DNA of 64,000 nt from Sphingomonas sp. (GTDB taxonomy: Bacteria; Pseudomonadota; Alphaproteobacteria; Sphingomonadales; Sphingomonadaceae). Positions 1 through 8,807 of the stretch are shown piece after piece; the first letter of the stretch is position 1; every line of letters starts with the position of its first letter. Made by a program: the position numbers and the translations under genes. The stretch lies in the NCBI GenBank assembly GCA_965249705.1, contig CBDFMO010000016.1, positions 58,063 through 122,062 on the forward strand, read 5' to 3'. The notes under the pieces are model-generated. The model saw only the letters and a program-made list of their open reading frames with translations, had not been told where the DNA came from and did no database searches.

Positions 1-1605
1 CATCGCCTCCTGCATGTTGCTGACGGTCTTTTCGAACAACGGCCCCGACGGTGCGATGACGATGAGCGGGACGTTTTCGTCGATCAGCGCGATGGGGCCG
101 TGTTTCATCTCGCCCGACGCATAGCCTTCGGCGTGGATGTAACTGATTTCCTTGAGCTTTAGCGCCCCTTCCAGCGCGAGGGGATAATCGGGGCCGCGCC
201 CGAGGTAGAGCACGTCGCGCGCGCCCGCGATGGTGTGCGCCATCCCCTCGATCGCGCTGTCGCGGCCGAGCGCCGCGTTGAGCGCTGCGGGAATTTCGGT
301 CAGGTGCGTCACGATGTCACGCTCGTCGGCGGCGGCCAATTTTCCCTTGGCCCGCGCAAGGTTCACGGCAAGCGCCGCCATGACCGCAAGCTGGCACGTG
401 AACGCCTTGGTCGAGGCAACGCCGATCTCGGGGCCCGCATGCGTCGGCAGCAACAGATCGACTTCGCGCGCCATGCTCGATGTCGGCACGTTGATGATGC
501 CCGCCGTCGTCAGTCCGCCGGCTTTCATGTGGCGCAGCGCGGCAAGCGTGTCGGCAGTCTCGCCCGACTGGGAAACGACGACGCCCAGCATTTTGGGCAG
601 AAGCACCGGGTCGCGGTAGCGGTATTCCGAAGCGACATCGACCTCGACCGGCACACGCGCAAGCTGTTCGATCCAGTATTTGCCGATCATGCCGACATAG
701 GATGCGGTGCCGCAGGCCACGATGACCACGCGTTCGATGGTGGAAAGATCGAAATCCATCTGCGGCAAGCCGACCTGCTCCTCGAGCGGACGCAGGTACG
801 AGCGGAGCGTCTGCGCCACCACGATGGGCTGCTCGTAGATTTCCTTGAGCATGAAGTGGCGGTAGTTTCCCTTTTCCATCACGGCCGCCGACACACCTGA
901 AATCGTGATGTCGCGCGTGACGGGCTGGTTGTCGACATCGAAGACTTGCGCGCCGTCGCGGCTGAGCACGACCCAGTCGCCTTCCTCGAGATAGGCTATG
1001 CGCTGGGTCAGCGGCGCGAGCGCAAGCGCGTCGGACCCGAGATAGGTCTCGCCGTCGCCATAGCCGACCACAAGGGGAGAGCCGAGCCGCGCGCCGATCA
1101 GAAGATCGGGATGCTGGCGAAAGGCGATTGCCAGCGCAAAGGCGCCGCGCAGGCGCGGCAGGACAAGCTTTACCGCCTCCTGCGGCGACAGGCCCGCTTC
1201 GACATGCTCGCTGACGAGATGCGCCACGACCTCGGTGTCGGTCTGGCTCTCGAACTGGCGACCGCGCGCCTGCAGCTCTTCGCGCAGCGGCTTGAAATTC
1301 TCGATGATGCCGTTGTGCACCAGCGCCACTTCCTGCGTCGCGTGCGGGTGTGCGTTGACCGTGTTCGGCACGCCGTGCGTCGCCCAGCGCGTGTGCGCGA
1401 TACCCGTGCTGCCAGGCGCAGGATCGCCCTCGAGGACGCGCACCAGGTTGAGCAGCTTGCCCTCGGCGCGACGGCGGATCAGCTGGCCATGCTCCACGGT
1501 GCAGAGGCCGGCCGAGTCATAACCGCGATATTCCATCCGCTTCAGGCCATCGACCAGTCGGTCGGCGACCGCATCCTTCCCAACGATTCCGATAATGCCA
1601 CACAT
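1..1605 (-). CDS. glmS: Glutamine--fructose-6-phosphate transaminase (isomerizing), 3' end truncated by window edge
   Basis: Manual translation from ATG at 1605 gives MCGIIGIVGK...RMEYRGYDSAG, the N-terminal Cys class II amidotransferase signature; downstream HTRWATHG and SQSGETADT motifs; follows glmU. Confidence 0.97.
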   Translation of the reverse strand, partial: MCGIIGIVGKDAVADRLVDGLKRMEYRGYDSAGLCTVEHGQLIRRRAEGKLLNLVRVLEGDPAPGSTGIAHTRWATHGVPNTVNAHPHATQEVALVHNGIIENFKPLREELQARGRQFESQTDTEVVAHLVSEHVEAGLSPQEAVKLVLPRLRGAFALAIAFRQHPDLLIGARLGSPLVVGYGDGETYLGSDALALAPLTQRIAYLEEGDWVVLSRDGAQVFDVDNQPVTRDITISGVSAAVMEKGNYRHFMLKEIYEQPIVVAQTLRSYLRPLEEQVGLPQMDFDLSTIERVVIVACGTASYVGMIGKYWIEQLARVPVEVDVASEYRYRDPVLLPKMLGVVVSQSGETADTLAALRHMKAGGLTTAGIINVPTSSMAREVDLLLPTHAGPEIGVASTKAFTCQLAVMAALAVNLARAKGKLAAADERDIVTHLTEIPAALNAALGRDSAIEGMAHTIAGARDVLYLGRGPDYPLALEGALKLKEISYIHAEGYASGEMKHGPIALIDENVPLIVIAPSGPLFEKTVSNMQEAM

Positions 1606-1643
1606 GTCTTGTCTATCTCCGCGACGAGCGCCTGCGCCCGAAA

Positions 1644-2987
1644 TTACTTGCCCCGTGCTGCCATCATCGTGCGAAATCCCTTGGCCCAGCCGGGTTTCGA
1701 CTCCTGCTTGCCCCGCGCCACGGCCAGCGCGTCGGGCGCGACATCCGCCGTTATAACGCTGCCCGCCGCAACGATCGCACCGGGGCCGATCGTCACCGGC
1801 GCCACCAGCGCGCTGTTCGAGCCGACAAAGGCGCCGGCGCCGATCTCCGTCTTGTACTTGAAGAACCCGTCATAGTTGCACGTGATCGTCCCGGCGCCAA
1901 CATTGGCTCCCGCGCCGACTTCCGCATCGCCGAGATAGCTCAGGTGGTTGGCCTTTGCCCCTGCTCCCATGGTCGTCTTCTTGACCTCGACAAAATTGCC
2001 CACCTTCGACTTTTCGCCCAGCACCGCGCCCGGTCGCAGGCGCACAAACGGCCCAACTTCCGCGCCCGCGCCAACGACCGCCCCTTCCAAATGGCTGAAC
2101 GCCCGGATCGTCGCGCCGTCGGCGACCCGCACGCCCGGCCCGAAGAAAACATTTGGTTCGACGAGTACGTCACGTCCGACCTGCGTGTCCCAGGCGAACC
2201 ACACGGTCTCCGGCGCGATCAGCGTGGCACCGGCGGCCATGACCTCGCGGCGGCGCTCCTTTTGCCAGCCGGCCTCGACGCTCGCCAGCTCGGCCCGGCT
2301 GTTGACACCGGCAACCTCGGCTGCACCGGTTTCAATGACGGCGCTGGCCCGTCCGTCCGCACGCGCGAGCATAACGATGTCCGGCAGATAATATTCGCCC
2401 GCCGCATTGTCGTTGCCGACGCGGGCAAGCAGCGCAAGCAGATCGGCGCTCCTGACTGCCATGAGCCCCGAATTGCACAGGTCAAGTTCGCGCTCGGCAG
2501 CAGTGGCATCCTTGAACTCGACCATCTTGGTGATGGTGCGACCGTCTTCGCTGACGATGCGGCCATAGGCGCCGGGCTCGTCCGGCCGAAAGCCCAGCAC
2601 GACGGCCGCGGGCGCATCGGCCTCGTTCAGCCGGTCGAGCATCCGGCGCATCGTCGCCGCGCGAACGAGCGGCGCGTCGCCATAAAGGATGAGGACGTCG
2701 CCGTCGAAGTCCGAAAGCTGTGCGCGGGCCTGCAGGACGGCATGGCCGGTGCCGAACTGCTCGGCCTGCACCGCAAGGCTGACCCCGAGCGGCGCCACCG
2801 CCGTCTCGATCTGTTCGCGGCGCGCGCCCGCGACGACAATGATCTGCGCCGGCTCAAGTTCGGCGGCACTGGCAAGCAGGTGCAGCAGCATCGGCCGCCC
2901 CGCTATCGGATGCAGCACCTTGTGCAGGTCGGATTTCATCCGCGTGCCCTGCCCCGCCGCCAGCACGATAACCGCCACCTGCCTCAA
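1644..2987 (-). CDS. glmU: Bifunctional UDP-N-acetylglucosamine pyrophosphorylase / glucosamine-1-phosphate N-acetyltransferase
   Basis: LAAGQGTRMKS motif, NAAGEYYLPD, hexapeptide-repeat C-terminus (GNFVEVKK, HLSYLGDA); probable TTG start at 2987 after GGAG; upstream part of track ORF is spurious. Confidence 0.96.
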   Translation of the reverse strand: MRQVAVIVLAAGQGTRMKSDLHKVLHPIAGRPMLLHLLASAAELEPAQIIVVAGARREQIETAVAPLGVSLAVQAEQFGTGHAVLQARAQLSDFDGDVLILYGDAPLVRAATMRRMLDRLNEADAPAAVVLGFRPDEPGAYGRIVSEDGRTITKMVEFKDATAAERELDLCNSGLMAVRSADLLALLARVGNDNAAGEYYLPDIVMLARADGRASAVIETGAAEVAGVNSRAELASVEAGWQKERRREVMAAGATLIAPETVWFAWDTQVGRDVLVEPNVFFGPGVRVADGATIRAFSHLEGAVVGAGAEVGPFVRLRPGAVLGEKSKVGNFVEVKKTTMGAGAKANHLSYLGDAEVGAGANVGAGTITCNYDGFFKYKTEIGAGAFVGSNSALVAPVTIGPGAIVAAGSVITADVAPDALAVARGKQESKPGWAKGFRTMMAARGK

Positions 2988-3067
2988 GATGCTTCTCCAT
3001 TCGCTTCGCACCCGCCCCTTAGACCCGCGCGCTTGTCTCTGCCAGCCACTTGGCCGATGGCAGCGCC

Positions 3068-3745
3068 ATGACGCATTTTCCCTTCGACATCGTCGGCTTC
3101 GACCTTGACGGCACATTGGTCGACACATCAGGCGACCTGACGGCGGCGGTAAATCACACGCTCGGTCTGGCGGGCCGCACGCCGCTTCCGGCCGAGGCGG
3201 TACGGGGCATGATCGGTGGCGGGGCCAAGGCCATGTTGCAACGTGGCCTCGACGCGACCGGCGGCTGCGAGCCCGAAGAAGCGCGACGGCTCTACAAGTT
3301 GATGCTTGCCTTTTACGGCGAAAACATTGCCGTCTGTTCACGACCCTTTCCCGGCATGCTGGCCGCGCTGGACGAGCTGGACGCATTGGGCGTCAAAGTC
3401 GCGGTCGTGACGAACAAATTCGAGGGCTTTGCGCGCAAGTTGCTTGCCGAGCTCAATCTGGCCGATCGCTTTGCAACGCTGATCGGCGGCGACACCCTGG
3501 GGCCCGGACGCGCCAAACCGGCAGCGGACCCGATCCTCGAGATGATGAGCCGGCTCGGCGGCGGCCGCACGGCCTTTGTCGGCGATTCCATCTATGACAC
3601 CCAGGCAGCGCGGAATGCGAAAGTGCCGAGCATTGCCGTCTCGTTCGGCTTTCTCGACCGACCCGTGGCCGAGCTCGGCGCCGACGCCGTGATCGACAGC
3701 TACGGCGACTTGGTGTCCGTGCTCAGGACGCTTTGCGCCACTTGA
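3068..3745 (+). CDS. gph: HAD-family hydrolase, phosphoglycolate phosphatase-like
   Basis: FDLDGTLVDT motif I, TNK motif II, KP and VGDS..D motifs. Confidence 0.85.
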   Translation: MTHFPFDIVGFDLDGTLVDTSGDLTAAVNHTLGLAGRTPLPAEAVRGMIGGGAKAMLQRGLDATGGCEPEEARRLYKLMLAFYGENIAVCSRPFPGMLAALDELDALGVKVAVVTNKFEGFARKLLAELNLADRFATLIGGDTLGPGRAKPAADPILEMMSRLGGGRTAFVGDSIYDTQAARNAKVPSIAVSFGFLDRPVAELGADAVIDSYGDLVSVLRTLCAT

Positions 3746-4730
3746 TCCACAAATGCCGCGCCAGCATCAGCGGCGGCATGCGAAGCCAATGCGAGCGGAC
3801 GTAGAAGGCGAGGCGGAGCAGCGGGCGTGTCGGCCGGCCCCAGCCGTCGCGGGCGAGGAGGCGGGACCGAAACCATTTGTCCTGCCCGGTCAGACGGTCA
3901 TGCCGCTTGGGAATGGGCGTAGAAAACAGCTGGGCGGACAGCCGCAGGCTGCGGCGTACGACATCGGACAGTCCGTGGCGTTTTGCGTGCGCGTCGAGGG
4001 TGTCCCAGAAGGCTTCGCCTTCGAACTCGCGGACCAGCCGGTCAATGTCCCACAAGTTTCGCAAGCCTCCTGCCATGTCGCCATCGGCCAGAAGATGCGC
4101 AGCGGCGTGGATGACCATGTCCGCTGGGCACAGCACCCTCAGCCCATTTTCGAGCGGCAGGCTCGCCGCAATGAGCGCGTCCGCATCCGGCGTCGGGCGC
4201 GCTGTCAGCGGCAAGACCGTGTGGTGCACGTCGATCATCCGGTCGCGATCGCGGTGAATGAGGGGCGGCAGCTCGTGCATCCAGCGGCGGTAATAGGCGT
4301 CGTCATAGGGGTCGGGCTTGACCCATTCCCAGCCGGCCGCCAGCAATGCCGCTTCTGCCTCGTCGAGCCGGTTGGCGGGCACGAGAATGTCGAGGTCTCC
4401 GATGAGCCGTCCCTGCCCGGCGTCGAGGCCGGCTGCGACGAAGGCAGTTCCCTTCAGCAGCACGACGGGCATCCCAAGCGGCATGAGGGTGCGGCGCGCC
4501 ATTTCGGCTTCCCACAGCGCCTCGGTACGGCCGACGTCGGCCTCCACGCCCGCGCGGTCCAGCACGCCCTGGACGTCCTCGGGCAGGTCAAGGCCGCGGA
4601 GACGACAGGCCAGGCTTGCAAGCAGGCGCTCCGCGCGCGCTGCGCACAAAATGTCCGTCCATGCCGAGCGGTCGAGACCGGTCGCACCCGCCGGGTCCGC
4701 CAGCAGCGCGGCGACGCCCGCAGCCGTCAC
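3723..4730 (-). CDS. Nucleotidyltransferase family protein (NTP_transf_5-like) of the HPr-kinase-related cassette
   Basis: VVLLKGTAF and GDLDILVP motifs, later IDVHH; GTG start overlaps the kinase stop (GTGA). Confidence 0.8.
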   Translation of the reverse strand: MTAAGVAALLADPAGATGLDRSAWTDILCAARAERLLASLACRLRGLDLPEDVQGVLDRAGVEADVGRTEALWEAEMARRTLMPLGMPVVLLKGTAFVAAGLDAGQGRLIGDLDILVPANRLDEAEAALLAAGWEWVKPDPYDDAYYRRWMHELPPLIHRDRDRMIDVHHTVLPLTARPTPDADALIAASLPLENGLRVLCPADMVIHAAAHLLADGDMAGGLRNLWDIDRLVREFEGEAFWDTLDAHAKRHGLSDVVRRSLRLSAQLFSTPIPKRHDRLTGQDKWFRSRLLARDGWGRPTRPLLRLAFYVRSHWLRMPPLMLARHLWIKWRKAS

Positions 4731-5584
4731 AGCGCGCCCCACAAGTCGTCGATCATCCGGCGCGCGGTCGTCATGTCCGGATAATCGAGCGCGACTGCGG
4801 GCACGCCTTCGACAAGAGCAGTGAGAGCTGTAAAACCACGTTCGCCGAGCGCGACATAGTTTGTCGAGGCCTGCGTCAGCCGGACGAAGGCTTCGCTCGG
4901 CGCGACGGGGCGTGCGGCTTCGGACAGGCCAAAGCGCGGGAATGCAACGAGCGCCGGTGCGGCCGGGACACGCATGGCCTGCAGTGCGCTGGACAGCGGG
5001 GCGACATGACGAATGCGACCCTTGGGCGTGTTTTCAAGAAGCGGGCCGAACCGCAGGCGGTCGATCTTACTCAACGCCGCTTCGATGCCTTCGTTCTTGA
5101 GGCTGGACGGTCTGGGAAACGGAAAAGCCATCCCCGACTCAGGATCGATCAGCGCAAATTCGTCGCCCATGAAGCGCCAGCCGTCACTACCCAGCAAGGT
5201 TGCGAGCGTCGATTTCCCCGCGCCGCTCTCGCCGGTCAAAATCAGTGCGCGTCCGTCACGCTCGACGCTGGCCGCGTGCAGCAGGAGGAAGCGGCGCTCG
5301 CCAAGCGCAAGTTGCAGGTTCATCCCCATCTCGGCCGCAAGCAGACCGAGGCGCAGCGGTAGCGGCGCGGCCTCGGGCAGCGTGAAGTCTCCGCCGATTC
5401 CGAGTGTGGGGCGGATCCAGCGCCGCCACGGGGCGGCAGGCTCGAGACGCACCGTAAAATCTGGCACGCCCATGGGCGTCGGGTAATCCCGATACAGCGA
5501 TGCGAGCGCGGCGATCGGCGAGCGCCACGCACTACCGATCCGGAAGGCAACGGGCCCGACCTGTACGTCAAAGCGATGTTTCAC
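4727..5584 (-). CDS. HPr kinase-related kinase (HprK-related kinase A type)
   Basis: LLLHAASV, Walker A GESGAGKST, GDEFALID; cassette context with PqqD-like protein and nucleotidyltransferase. Confidence 0.85.
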   Translation of the reverse strand: MKHRFDVQVGPVAFRIGSAWRSPIAALASLYRDYPTPMGVPDFTVRLEPAAPWRRWIRPTLGIGGDFTLPEAAPLPLRLGLLAAEMGMNLQLALGERRFLLLHAASVERDGRALILTGESGAGKSTLATLLGSDGWRFMGDEFALIDPESGMAFPFPRPSSLKNEGIEAALSKIDRLRFGPLLENTPKGRIRHVAPLSSALQAMRVPAAPALVAFPRFGLSEAARPVAPSEAFVRLTQASTNYVALGERGFTALTALVEGVPAVALDYPDMTTARRMIDDLWGAL

Positions 5585-5829
5585 AGCGCTTCGACCAGCC
5601 CGCTCGCCGCCAGTTCCGCGAGGCGTTCGGCGAGCGCGTCCAGTTCTTCGATGCCCAGCCGGGAAGCGAGGCCGGGGATATCGGCGTCACCTTCCCCCAA
5701 TGCCTCCAAAACCGTTGGCACGATCTCGGACACGACATGCGTGGCGTTCGACCGCCGGTCGTAAATCGCCGTCATGCTGTCGAGACGGACAAGGCGCAGT
5801 ACGCCGAGAGCCGGCGCCCGAAACACCAT
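5581..5829 (-). CDS. PqqD/RRE-family peptide chaperone of the HPr-kinase-related cassette
   Basis: About 82 aa, LDSMTAIYDRRSNATHVVSE...LAERLAELAASGLV matches the PqqD beta-strand plus helix pattern; stop overlaps kinase ATG (ATGA); start placed at MVFRAP. Confidence 0.75.
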   Translation of the reverse strand: MVFRAPALGVLRLVRLDSMTAIYDRRSNATHVVSEIVPTVLEALGEGDADIPGLASRLGIEELDALAERLAELAASGLVEAL

Positions 5830-5840
5830 GGCTGGCCCGC

Positions 5841-6254
5841 TCAGCGGCCCGGCATCTGGAGCGACGCGTAGCAGGTGAAGCCGCTCTGTCCGCGCTGGAG
5901 GCGGCGGATATAGTTGGTCCATGCCTGGCTCTGCGACGGGTCGGCACCGGGAATGACATTGCCGGAAAGCGCCGCCTTGACGTCCTCACCCTTGAGCGGC
6001 GTAGCCGACCCGGGGAAGGCGCCTGCCGTGCCAGTGGGGACGACGCTGCCGTCGGCCGCAATATAGCTGCCGGCGCGACCGGCATCGGGCACGGGTATCT
6101 GGCAGGTCAGCACCGAGGTCGCGGCCTGCGCGATTGCTGGCCGGATCGTCACGACGGCGGCGACCCCAAGGCCGCCGAGCCTGAGCAGTTGGCGCCGGTC
6201 CGCCACGCCGTTCCGGGCCGCAAAGTCGTCGTCCTGTTCGTCCGCTGCCGCCAT
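5841..6254 (-). CDS. Hypothetical 137-aa protein with RR-containing leader and two Cys; first gene of the kinase cassette
   Basis: MAAADEQDDD...DRRQLLRLGGLGVAAVVTIRPAIAQAATSVLTC...SGFTCYASLQMPGR; ends 11 nt before the PqqD-like gene on the same strand. Confidence 0.7.
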   Translation of the reverse strand: MAAADEQDDDFAARNGVADRRQLLRLGGLGVAAVVTIRPAIAQAATSVLTCQIPVPDAGRAGSYIAADGSVVPTGTAGAFPGSATPLKGEDVKAALSGNVIPGADPSQSQAWTNYIRRLQRGQSGFTCYASLQMPGR

Positions 6255-6407
6255 GCGTTGCGCTGCCCCATTGTCTTCACGCTGTCTTCGACAAGCCATA
6301 TCGCCAATTTCGCCTTGTGGCGATGATGATTGGTTAACAATGGTGATCTGCGCGACTAGTCCCGATCCAGCGCCCGACGACTCAGTGCGGGCCGGAACCG
6401 CCATGTC

Positions 6408-7640
6408 ATGATCCGTACCGTGATTGCCCTGCTGATTGTCCTCATGGCAGCGCTGGTGGCGGGCCTCGTGCCGGACATCCGGGTTGGCGCCATGATCATC
6501 GGCGGCGTGACGGCGGTCCTGATGGTCGCGACCAGCCGCGTCGAGCCGCCCCAGGCGCGCATGCGCGCCACCCCGCCCCCGCCACCCGCCTCGGAACAAT
6601 CGGTTGTCGATGCGATCAGCGAGCCTGTGCTGCTCATTGTCGACGGGCGCGTCCGCATCGCCAACCAGGCGGCGCGTACGCTTCTCGGTGAGCATATCAT
6701 CGGCGAGGACGTCAGGCTTGCGATCAGGCATCCCGCGGCGGCCGAGCGGCTTGCCGCAGGCGGCATGGACGGCAGCACCGAGCTTGTCGGGCTCGGCGGG
6801 CGCGACCAGCGGGTCCAGATGCAGGTCTCGACGATTTCGCCGGGGCGGCGACTCGTCCACCTCATCGATCGGACAACGAGCTATGCGGCAGAGCGGGCAA
6901 GGGTGGATTTCGTGGCCAATTCCAGCCACGAGCTGCGTACGCCGCTGGCCGCCATCATCGGGTTCATCGAAACGCTCGACGATGAAAAGGCCGGATCGGA
7001 CGCGGGTGTGCGTGCGCGGTTCCTATCCGTGATGATGAAGGAAGCGCGGCGCATGCAGCGCCTGATCGACGACCTTATTTCGCTCAGCCGGATCGAGGCG
7101 GAGAAGTACCGCCTGCCCGACACGCCGGTGGCGCTCGGGCGCTTGATCGAGGAAGTCGCCGCCGACCTTCGCGATACGGACAGCACGGCGCGTGCCGACC
7201 TGCGGCTCGACATCGCCGACGATGTGCCCAATGTCGCGGGCGACGCGGCACAGCTCGCGCAGGTTCTCCACAACCTGGTCGGCAACGCCTTAAAATACGG
7301 CAAGCGTGGGACGCCGGTCACGATCGGCCTGCGCCGCGATGGAGAAACGCTCATCCGACTGTCCGTCAGCGATGAAGGCGACGGCATTCCGGCCGAGCAC
7401 CTGCCCCGCCTGACCGAGCGATTCTATCGTGTCGATCCCGGTCGCAGCCGAGCGCAGGGCGGCACCGGGCTGGGGCTGGCGATCGTCAAGCACATCGTAG
7501 AACGGCACCGTGGGCGGCTCGACATCGCAAGCACCCCCGGCAGCGGCACGACGGTGTCCATCCTGTTGCCGATATCGCTCATGCCGCCCAAACGACCCAC
7601 GGCGCCGGCAAGCGTTGTCACATCATTGTCATTAAATTGA
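6408..7640 (+). CDS. phoR: Phosphate regulon sensor histidine kinase
   Basis: N-terminal TM pair, H-box HELRTPL, N-box NALKYG, G1 DEGDGI, RFYRVD, G2 GTGLGL; directly upstream of pstSCAB-phoU-phoB. Confidence 0.9.
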   Translation: MIRTVIALLIVLMAALVAGLVPDIRVGAMIIGGVTAVLMVATSRVEPPQARMRATPPPPPASEQSVVDAISEPVLLIVDGRVRIANQAARTLLGEHIIGEDVRLAIRHPAAAERLAAGGMDGSTELVGLGGRDQRVQMQVSTISPGRRLVHLIDRTTSYAAERARVDFVANSSHELRTPLAAIIGFIETLDDEKAGSDAGVRARFLSVMMKEARRMQRLIDDLISLSRIEAEKYRLPDTPVALGRLIEEVAADLRDTDSTARADLRLDIADDVPNVAGDAAQLAQVLHNLVGNALKYGKRGTPVTIGLRRDGETLIRLSVSDEGDGIPAEHLPRLTERFYRVDPGRSRAQGGTGLGLAIVKHIVERHRGRLDIASTPGSGTTVSILLPISLMPPKRPTAPASVVTSLSLN

Positions 7641-7643
7641 AAC
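7615..7643 (+). promoter_or_regulatory. Pho box (PhoB direct repeats) upstream of pstS
   Basis: TTGTCAC-ATCA-TTGTCAT-TAAA-TTGAAAC: 7-mers at an 11-bp period resembling CTGTCAT-N4-CTGTCAT, about 70-95 nt upstream of pstS. Confidence 0.8.
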
Positions 7644-7711
7644 GTAAGCTACGCCTATGGGCTGCTAGGCACGGTACGCGGACCGGCTGCCGCACAATCT
7701 AGGGGGAAAAT

Positions 7712-8761
7712 ATGAAAACCGTCCGCACGTCGGCCATCGCCTTCGTGGCACTCAGCAGTGCTTTTGCCCTTTCGGCCTGCGATTCGAGCGGCGGCAACGT
7801 CCGCTCACAAGTGCGTGCCGTGGGATCGTCGACGGTCTATCCCTTTGCCACGGCGGTTGCCGAGCAGTTCGTCAACGCCAACCCCAAGTTCAAGTCGCCG
7901 ATCATCGAATCGACCGGCACGGGCGCGGGTTTCAAGCTGTTTTGCGCCGGCGTCGGGTCGGCGCATCCCGACATCTCGAACGCCTCGCGCCGGATCAAGA
8001 AGTCGGAATATGAGGTTTGCGCAAAGAACGGTGTGGACAAGATCGTCGAAATCCAAATCGGCCTCGACGGCATTGCCTTCGCGGAGTCGATCAAGGGGTT
8101 GAAGATCCCGCTGACCGTCGCCGACCTTTACAAGGCGCTTGCCGCCACGCCGTTCGGCAAGCCGCAGACCGCAAAGACGTGGAAAGACGTCAACCCTTCC
8201 CTGCCTGCCGAGGCGATCAAGGTCTATGGCCCGCCGTCGACGTCGGGCACGCGCGACGCACTGGTCGAACTGATCCTCACGCGCGGTTGCGACAGCGACC
8301 CCGCCATGCTCGAGCTAAAGGCGAAGGACGACGCCGCGCACAAGAAGATCTGCGGCACCATCCGCGAAGACGGCGCGTATGTCGATGCCGGCGAGAACGA
8401 CAATCTCATCGTGCAGAAGATCGAAGCCGATCCGAAGGCACTGGGCATTTTCGGCTTTTCCTTCTTCGAAGAGAATAAGGACAAGCTGGCAGCGAACACG
8501 CTGAACGGCGTGGCGCCGACCTATTTTACGATTTCCGACTTCAGCTATCCCGGTGCGCGGCCCCTGTACATCTATGTGAAGTCCGCGCATCTCAATGCCG
8601 TGCCGGGACTGAAAGAATATATCGCGCAATTTGCCCAGTCGTGGGAACCCGGCGGCTATCTGGCAAAGCGCGGGATGGTCGTGGCGCCCGGATCGGTCCG
8701 CGATGCCGCCGCGATCACGGCCAAGGAGTTGACTCCGCTCGACCCGTCGGTGCTGAAATAG
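7712..8761 (+). CDS. pstS: Phosphate ABC transporter substrate-binding lipoprotein
   Basis: Lipobox LSAC, GSSTVYP, STGTGAG, ASRRIK, SGTRD motifs. Confidence 0.95.
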   Translation: MKTVRTSAIAFVALSSAFALSACDSSGGNVRSQVRAVGSSTVYPFATAVAEQFVNANPKFKSPIIESTGTGAGFKLFCAGVGSAHPDISNASRRIKKSEYEVCAKNGVDKIVEIQIGLDGIAFAESIKGLKIPLTVADLYKALAATPFGKPQTAKTWKDVNPSLPAEAIKVYGPPSTSGTRDALVELILTRGCDSDPAMLELKAKDDAAHKKICGTIREDGAYVDAGENDNLIVQKIEADPKALGIFGFSFFEENKDKLAANTLNGVAPTYFTISDFSYPGARPLYIYVKSAHLNAVPGLKEYIAQFAQSWEPGGYLAKRGMVVAPGSVRDAAAITAKELTPLDPSVLK

Positions 8762-8807
8762 CTTTCAGGGAATCTGACGGAATTGGGTTGAGCGGAATGA
8801 AGCGGCC

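Noticed and set aside
2988-3386. N-terminal extension of the glmU ORF in the track
   Set aside because: Overlaps gph on the opposite strand and lacks GlmU features; a TTG with GGAG at 2987 fits better
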